Position numbers and translations under genes: made by a program | NCBI GenBank assembly: GCA_964016885.1 | Contig: OZ024757.1 | Span: forward strand, 3,534,001-3,598,000 | Length of the DNA: 64,000 nt | DNA from: Eledone cirrhosa | Taxonomy: Eukaryota | Reading direction: 5' to 3' | Part shown: positions 56,654 through 64,000 of the stretch, piece after piece | Layout of the letters: every line of letters begins with the position of its first letter | Numbering within the stretch: the first letter of the stretch is position 1 | The notes under the pieces: model-generated | Seen by the model: only the letters and a program-made list of their open reading frames with translations | What the model was told of the DNA's origin: nothing | The model's database searches: none

Positions 56654-59600
56654 CTTTCTTTATTGGCCACAAGGGCTGACACGAAGACAAACATTAGAGA
56701 CGTCACAGAACAGTACAGGACGATACAAAGTGGGATTTGGCCGTGTAAAAAAGGTTATAACAAGATAGAAATATATAAAAATATCAAATAACAAAAAATT
56801 CCCCGAATTGGGGGGGAAACTTTCGAGGGTCACTCGTGGCGAAAACCACACAAAATACCACGGCCACCCTGACCACCAGAGCAAGCGCCCTCTCTCAGTT
56901 TTCCCACTCCTCAGTCTACAGGCGCATACTCAGAGCGGGCCCGTTCACTCGGACCAGACTCGTCACTTTCACCCACCTTTCAAGAAACTTACTAGAAGAC
57001 AGCACTTGCCTCTCCACCCTAATTTTCATCTTCAAGTGAAACTTGAAAAAGTTAATCAGGGATTGGCCGAAGAGGAAAGTCTTCAACCCTTTCAACCTTG
57101 ACCACCACACAATCTCTTTCGCCATGGCCACCAGGCAGATGAAAACTGCCTGACCTTCCTCCTCTTTAAAGAAGGATGGCGGGGCTATCTGCACAATGGA
57201 CTCAGTCGATAACCGGATCCGTCCTACACGCGACAGCAGCTGTTCGACATAGCTCCACAAGTCAGCAATCCTCGGGCATTGAACGAGTGCGTGCAGCACG
57301 GTTTTGTCGCCCTGCGCGCATCTCAGATAGGCTCGGCTGTCAGCACCTCCGTCCCTGTAGAGCTTATCCCGAACCGGCAACGCTCCCCGGTAGCACTGCC
57401 AGGCCAAGATTTCTGGAAGCTGTCCATAGGCCCCGGTCTGAAAGTTCTCTTGAAGAGAGCGAACAGCTGATCGTCTTCGACGCCCAGGGTCTCCCCGAGA
57501 ACGTCGTCGCTCTTTCCCTCCACTAGCCCCCTATAGAACGCCGAGTTGGATGTTCCACCGATACTAGTGCCCAGCTGGTAGAGGGCGGTGAGCGCTTGGA
57601 GATTCCAGCTTCCAAGCGCTATCCCTCGGTCTTTTCCTCATCGAGGACTGCAGCTCCGTCAAAGAGACGAGCTGGGGAAAAGCGCGTCTGGCAAACGGCG
57701 ACCATACTTGTTCAACGTCAAGGAAGCACCAGAGATGTCACAGCCTCAGCGCCATTTGCGCATCATCAGCCATGGCATGCCCAGTCCTCCACGCAACGGG
57801 TGTTGACAGGAAATGGATCGTCTGACCATGAGAGCAAGTCCCTTCCACAAAAAGCGGAAGAGAAAGCGCTCCATTTTGGTCAGAGTTGGGCGGGGGCAAG
57901 GTACGACGGTCAGGCGGTAGCAGATGACGGACGCTATGTACGCATTCACCACCTCCGCCCGACCTTTCAGAGACAACCTCCTCTCGGCCCATTTCTGGGT
58001 GAGAGAGGCCACCCTGCTCGTCACCTCGCTCCAGTTTTTCTCTATCTGGAGGTCCGGACCGAACCAGACCCCGAGCAATTTAACCGGTCCTTCCGTCCAG
58101 CACCCCACGACGCTGTCGGACGGCATGGACTTGCCTCTCCAGGTGCCGAGTTGCAAGCCTACCGACTTTTCCTGGTTTATCTTTGCTCCTGTCATAGCTT
58201 CGTATTCCTTGAGCATCTGGACGTGTTTGGTGCTCGACACCACCACGGTGACGTCGTCGGCGTAAGCTGACACGGATCTCCCGCATCCCAGTTAGCGTGG
58301 GATCCCCCCCATCGTCTCCAATTTGTAAAGTAACGACTCGAGGGCCACTACGTACAAGAGGGACGAGAGGGGACAACCCTGGCGGACCGCGCGCATGATG
58401 CTGAAAGGCTCCGACAGGTGACCATTGACCCTCACAATCGAGCAGATGTCGCTGTGCATCGCAGCGATCCAGCGCCTAAAAACGGGCCCGAAGCCGGCCG
58501 CCTCGAAGACCGCAGCCAGGTACCGATGGTCGACCCTATCAAATGCTTTAGATTGATCCAAGTTGATCAGGGCTACACCCGGGCCAGGTTCCTTAACCAC
58601 CCTCTCTATGATGTATCGCATGAGATGGAGGTTGTCGTGGATGGATCTGTCCGGGATGGCGCATGTCTGCGCCTCTCCCACCAGATCACCGACGACAAGC
58701 GACAATTCCCTTTGCTAACACCTTGGCCAAAATCTTAAACTCGGCGATTAGCAGAGTTATGGGCCTGAAGTTGTCTATAACGTCCCCATTGTTCGGGTCT
58801 TTTCTCAGCAGTGCCACCGCTCCCCGGCTCACAAAACTGGGAATGCTCCCGTTCTGCTGCCAGTTGCAGTAGACATCTGCCAAGAGGTCGCCGAACAAGT
58901 CTGGCATATACCTATAAAGCTGGTAGGTCAGACCATCCAAACCTGGCGATTTACCCCTCGTGCAGTCAGACACAGCTTCCGGTATTTCACCTGCTGTTAT
59001 CAGCTTTTTGCAGCACTGCGTTGCGGTCGTCCCGAGCCGCGGCAGTCCGTCGAGGTATGCACCGAACTCCATACTCATATCCGACCCGCCGCCGCTCCCG
59101 AACAATTGAGCAAAGTGCTGTTGAAAAGCCGCTCACATCTGCTCGGTTTTGAGCAACATGCGCCTGTTTTGATCAGGCAAAGATCGAACTGTGGACTTGT
59201 TGCCTCGTCGCGCCTCCACCACCCGGGCCCATTGAACGGCTTTCATCCCCTCGTGTCTTAGAGCACGCGCTCTAGCTCTGACAACGCAGCCTTCATGCTT
59301 TGCGTTGAAGAATTGGTCGAGTGCCAATCTCGCTGCAAGCACGTCGGTTGCGATGCCTGTCCTAAACGCTTCTTCTAGCTTTCTAACTAACTCTCGCTCT
59401 ACTCTATTTTCCTCTATCACTACTCCTTTGCTAAACCTTATCGATTCTACTCTAATAGCCATTTTCACAGTAAACCACCACCTGTTGTTGACGATCGCAC
59501 CCGTCAACGCACGCTTAACTAATTCGCAAATCCGGTCTCTGTAAGCTTTGCGCGCCGGGAACGACGCGTTCAGCTTCCAGTAGCCGGGCTCTTGCCTATA

Positions 59601-61315
59601 GAGTCTATCTAAGTTAACTTCACAGATCATAAATTTGTGGTCCGTGTAGTCGACTACTTTAAATTGTAGTCGACTACTTTAAATTGTGGACAACCTACAC
59701 TAGCCTTATCTGTTTCCCTACAGAATACCCTATCTAAATACGATCTGGATGACCCGATGCGGTTTGCCCATGTCCACATTGGCACATTCGGATAATCCAG
59801 TCTATACCTGTCAGACAGTTCAAAACGTCTGAGCAGGTTGTTAAGGATTTTACAACCTCCTGCCCTGCCTACTAGCCCCACATAATCCCAGCGTGCATCT
59901 AAGATACCGTTCTAGTCGCCCACTAACACTAAAGAGCGAGACGTTCCAAGAAAGGTCTCTAGACGTCTGAAGAAATCTGGCCGTCCTGCCCCAGTTGGGG
60001 CGTAGACGGCTACTAGACTGAAAGCATTGCCTTCGCTAGCGGCCACGTCCAGCACCACCGACTAACCTTCTGGGTCCAGGAAGATGGCCCGTGTGCCGAG
60101 ATCCAAGCCTCTCCGGAAAAGCACTGCCACCCCTCCCCCCGATATTGGACGGCTGGGAGATGCGTATACATCGTAGCCGCCAAAGATCGGTGCAAAGACT
60201 CGTGCTTCGGAGATTCTAGTCTCGCTGATGGCCACCACATCTATGTTTAGTGACCTGAGGTCGTTGAGCAGGTGACCCTGCTTCCAAGATAACCACAGGC
60301 CACGAACATTTATACTCCCTATTCTAAGTACGGCCATGTTCGATGAGAAACCGGGCAAGTGAGAAAGGGTCACTTACCTTGATCGTGTGGTGAAGGGACA
60401 GTAGAACCGTCCCTTTGGCTGGTCATGGGTGTTTCCAAGAGGATGTCAGTGTATATCCTCTTGGTAACCGACCCTCTGAAGTCTAAACTGCGTTGGGGAA
60501 TTTTTGTTTTAAAAGTGTGTACTGTTCTATTTTGATTTCAATAATGCTTGTTTGTCGGGAGAGTTCTTGGTGTTGGTGGGGTGTAGTAGTTTTTTCTGTG
60601 ATGTCTGTGTGCTGCTTTATATGTTGTATCAGTTCTTTATTTGCCATGTGTACTTTTTTTTTGGGGGGGGGGGGGGGATTTTGTTGCTGTTTTCTTGTTG
60701 TTGCTGTTGGGTGTGTGTGTTTTGTTGTGTTTGCGATGTTGGTGTTTTTGGTGATGCTGGTGGTGGTGTTTTTGGTGATGCTGGTTGTGGTGTGGTTGTT
60801 GTTGGTGGTGGTGCTTGTGGTGGTGATGGTGATGGTGGTGGGGTTGCTGCAAGTCTCCTTGCAGCCTTTACTCCTCTTTGTCTGCCTTCACTTTTGGAGG
60901 GTGAAGCTAAGGGGTTTTTCCTCTTTTGTTTTTTGTGGCAGATCGTTTGCCACTTCCCTCCCGCCTCATACTCCATGTCAGATTCCGTGGCATCTGGGAG
61001 GAGTATGAGCTCCACTGCTGTTGGTGGTGGTAGTCGAGCCGCTCCAGCGATATTGCCGCCGCTATGGCTACTGCGGCTGTTTGTGTTGCCGCCACAGCTG
61101 CCGCTGCTTTAGTTGTCCGTGGCCTTGATATGGGTGCCACGGACGTTGCCCTCCTACTCACCATGGAAGGGTCTTCTGCCTCTGTTACCTGCCCTGCTCT
61201 TTGTAGTAGCAGACAGGCGTCGGAAGGAGGGGGACTCTCTTCTTGGCTGTCTTCTGCGGGCAGAAGGCCCTGAGGTGACCCTTCTGCCCACAGAGATAGC
61301 ACTCTGAAGGATCTT
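56653..61315 (-). mobile_element. Tx1/L1-clade LINE copy 2: partial ORF1 plus full-length but broken ORF2 (APE-RT-Zn)
   Basis: ORF1 knuckle CYLCGQKGHLRAFC (~61260-61301). APE motifs GSINVRG, ISETR and SYLDR. RT motifs PGLDG, NFRPITLL, LDQSKAFDRVDH, RQGCPLS and AYADD. 3' end GCCCTTGTGGCCAATAAA followed by (ATT)n. Confidence 0.92.
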
Positions 61316-61534
61316 TCAGCAGTATTAGTAGAGGTCCCTATTATTTAAATGACCCCACTAGAATTACCCCCCCCCCCATATTATACTGTAACCATAACAA
61401 CCGTAAGGGAAGATGTTGATATTAAGAGAGGAACAGATACCCAACAGCGCGTGCATATTATGTTTATATCAAAACAGTTTTTAACATGAACTCCTACAAC
61501 TAAGTTTATGGGTCCCATAATGGGGACTACAGTC

Positions 61535-61775
61535 GTCTTCTTCTTCTTTGCCCACTTATTCCTGAGAGGGTCGTGGGGCAGAAGCTTCAATCACTCCTTC
61601 CAGTGGGTCCTGTCAGAAGCAACCATCCTCAACTGATCTGGCTGGATCCCCAAGTGAGACAAGCCAAGCTCATGGATGTTATCCAGCCATCTTGCCTTAG
61701 GTCTACCCCTGGGTCTACTGCTGGTTGGTTTTGTCCGTAAAATCTGTCCAACGATTCTTTCCGGAGAGATTCTAA
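61535..61775 (-). mobile_element. RTE LINE 3' end fragment
   Basis: RPRGRPKARWLDNI...ASDRTHW followed by a short (GAA)n tail. Confidence 0.82.
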
Positions 61776-61849
61776 CCACTAAAGTTTTATTAATAGAAAC
61801 ACGTTTAAAAACTTTAACACAATTATTATTTTTCTGTATATTATTTTAA

Positions 61850-62030
61850 ATAGAACGACAAATAACATTAGAGAAACGCTAATAGTATAATTCAGCTTTT
61901 AGTCTAAACGTTCGCACACATAACACCAGATACTTCTTAAACTTAATCGCTTTTCAGTTTTCTATAAAGCATATAAACTATAAGCTCTTTAATTGAAATA
62001 CGATTAAAGCAAGCTGTTCTTGTAAAATGT
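61850..62030 (+). mobile_element. Decayed Penelope-like fragment
   Basis: NSAFSLNVRT...FLNLI...YKLFN*NTIKASCSC resembles the PPYSLAVKTN...KIFNRNCVKISYSC region of PLE 3. Confidence 0.6.
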
Positions 62031-62419
62031 TGCTCACTCAGTTAACCATTTTCGTTTTAGATAGTTTTTCACCAATAATAATATCACCAATAATATTAAC
62101 ACCTATAATATTAACACCTGTAATGTACCGTATTCTACTTATAACTGTATCAAAGAGAGCAGTTGATATTTCAAGAATTATATCGGTTTGACGGTAAATT
62201 ACTTCAAAACTCGATTTTATCAGCATATTCATATGTTCACAAACCTCTCAAATTATATATTTCATTTGTAAAAGAGACAGAGGCAATATACAAGGTAGCT
62301 TTTAATAGAGACAATTATATAGAGATAGTAGCTTCTGCTCCATATAACGACATCCTAAACCATGTATCTCTCGTTAATCCTGGAAGCCATGGAGCAGGCT
62401 ACTACCATGAACAAGTTTG

Positions 62420-62575
62420 ACAATTCTCCAACAACGGAAGAGTTTTAGATTGCAGTAAGACAAATAAACACGGGCAAACTATCTGGAAAAGATGGTATAG
62501 TGGCTGAAATAGTGAAACAAGGTCGACCTAAAGTAAACAATTTATTGCATAACATATAGCAGGTGTGGTTGAAGG
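62420..62575 (+). mobile_element. Decayed RTE-type RT N-terminal fragment
   Basis: PTTEE..IAVRQINTGKLSGKDGIVAEIVKQG resembles the GKAPG.DGI.AE motif. Confidence 0.6.
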
Positions 62576-62860
62576 AGTTACATATGTGTGTGTGCGCATG
62601 TAAATGTGCGTGTGCTTATATATATATATATATATATGAAATATTGTTACGAGAGGGTTACGTTTACATAATGTTTTATTGCATTATATTTATTTCAATG
62701 ATATGGTTATGCAATGGTTAAATCATTGACAGTCTCCATGTGACATCATCAGATGCTCATGGAATTTTGAGGTGTAGTTATGCAAATATGCATATGTGCC
62801 GCTGCTAATGTATTACCAGCTTGGTGTGATGCGTGTAACAAGGTGGTAATGCATTACCAG

Positions 62861-62923
<63 letters not shown>

Positions 62924-62966
62924 TTCAAAATATTAACAAAAATAGAACTTCTTGTGATCAAGTATA

Positions 62967-63029
62967 TTTTATTATACATATTTCAGAGGTACTGAGCTAA
63001 CTTCAACAGTATGTCCTCATCAGATAAAA
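62967..63029 (-). ncRNA. Type-I hammerhead ribozyme, same family as 13340/17340
   Basis: TTTTAT-CTGATGA-ggacatactg...cagtacctct-GAAA-tatgta-TA-ATAAAA, within a ~170-bp (TA)n-flanked pLTR remnant. Confidence 0.75.
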
Positions 63030-63145
63030 TAAGATGAGGCATGACATACCCTGACATAGTAGATGGTTAAGATCCAGTCATGGTAGTCATATATATATAT
63101 ATAATAAAAGGACGAGGTGTTAGATCTTCATTACATTTATTGATG

Positions 63146-63246
63146 TGATCAATCACGAAACGCGCGCGTTTCGTGATTGATCAGCTCAAGCTTCGATCTG
63201 TATCGATAGGGCTTCGATCTGGAATCAAAAGCTCATCAGACTTCTG
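63146..63246 (-). ncRNA. Hammerhead 5' part that folds back into a 38-bp perfect palindrome at stem III
   Basis: Minus strand reads CTGATGA-g...TGATT...AATCA-c-GAAA-CGCGCGCG-T, then inverted sequence. Palindrome tgatcaatcacgaaacgcgcgcgtttcgtgattgatca at 63146-63183. Confidence 0.62.
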
Positions 63247-63595
63247 TTATGGTAATGAAAATGATTCCTATACAACTTTGAAACAGTACATATCAGTTCT
63301 CATCATTTATGGTGGTAAATTCTACTCCATATTGATTGGAGGTTTTGGGGAGAAGAAATATTTGGTTATATGGGATGGGTAAGGAGGAGAATTAGGAGGA
63401 AGAATGGGGTTGTGGAGATGAAAGAATGATGGTGGGGTACACCTCTTGATAGATGTCGTGTGGGGTGGTGTTTTGGTTGCTTCTTAGACATTTTAGCGTT
63501 TATGTGGCGATGTGGGGGTGTTAGGGTGAGATTCAAGCGATGAATAGATGCTCGTAAACTATATATATATTTATATATATATGTGTGTGTGTGTG

Positions 63596-63645
<50 letters not shown>

Positions 63646-64000
63646 TTAATCGGTCGGGGTACCGAAAACGATAAAAGGAAAACATGAAACGAAATTTCAT
63701 TTCTCACTCTTAGTACGGCTGTTACTTAAATATAAGTATTTATACGTACATACATATATGTACGTATGAATGTTCGGTGAATCCATACGTACTTATATAT
63801 ATGTGTGCATGTATGTATATATAGAGATAGAGAGAAGAAATTAACAAGAGGATGGATAAGACTCATATAACGTAATTTGGGGGAAATATATTCTAAGTAT
63901 ATATCTAATAGTACGTGTATTTACGATTAAATATTTGTTAAAATTCTTTTCTAATATAATATTTACCGTTATAAGTAAATAGAAAAATAAATAGATAGAA

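Noticed and set aside
62728-62756. Minus-strand CTGATGA-tgtcacatg-GAGA-ctg-TC hammerhead-like motif
   Set aside because: GAAA is mutated and the stems are marginal. At best a dead relic.

Overview
Eukaryotic, AT-rich, almost entirely repetitive DNA. The SINE and microsatellite content resembles a cephalopod (octopus-like) genome; this is an inference from recalled motifs, not a search. The only host coding sequence I can support is one 247-bp minus-strand exon (3076-3322) of a group-I-like metabotropic glutamate receptor, so the rest is probably its intronic sequence. The mobile elements are sorted by microsatellite. (i) R4/Dong-type RLE non-LTR retrotransposons and an RTE-like non-autonomous element sit in (TATG)n (1-10.5 kb). 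(ii) Naiad-like Penelope elements and their remnants sit in (TA)n (12-28 kb, 62-63 kb), with many type-I hammerhead ribozyme motifs and repeated fold-back structures. (iii) A ~20.5 kb (ACACT/ACACC)n pentamer satellite has ~4.36 kb and ~3.75 kb higher-order periods. (iv) Two Tx1/L1-clade and two Dong elements are stacked in one (TAA)n tract in opposite orientations (51-61.3 kb). tRNA-derived SINEs, RTE fragments and Helitron ends fill the gaps. All alignments and RNA folds were done by eye, and boundaries are approximate.
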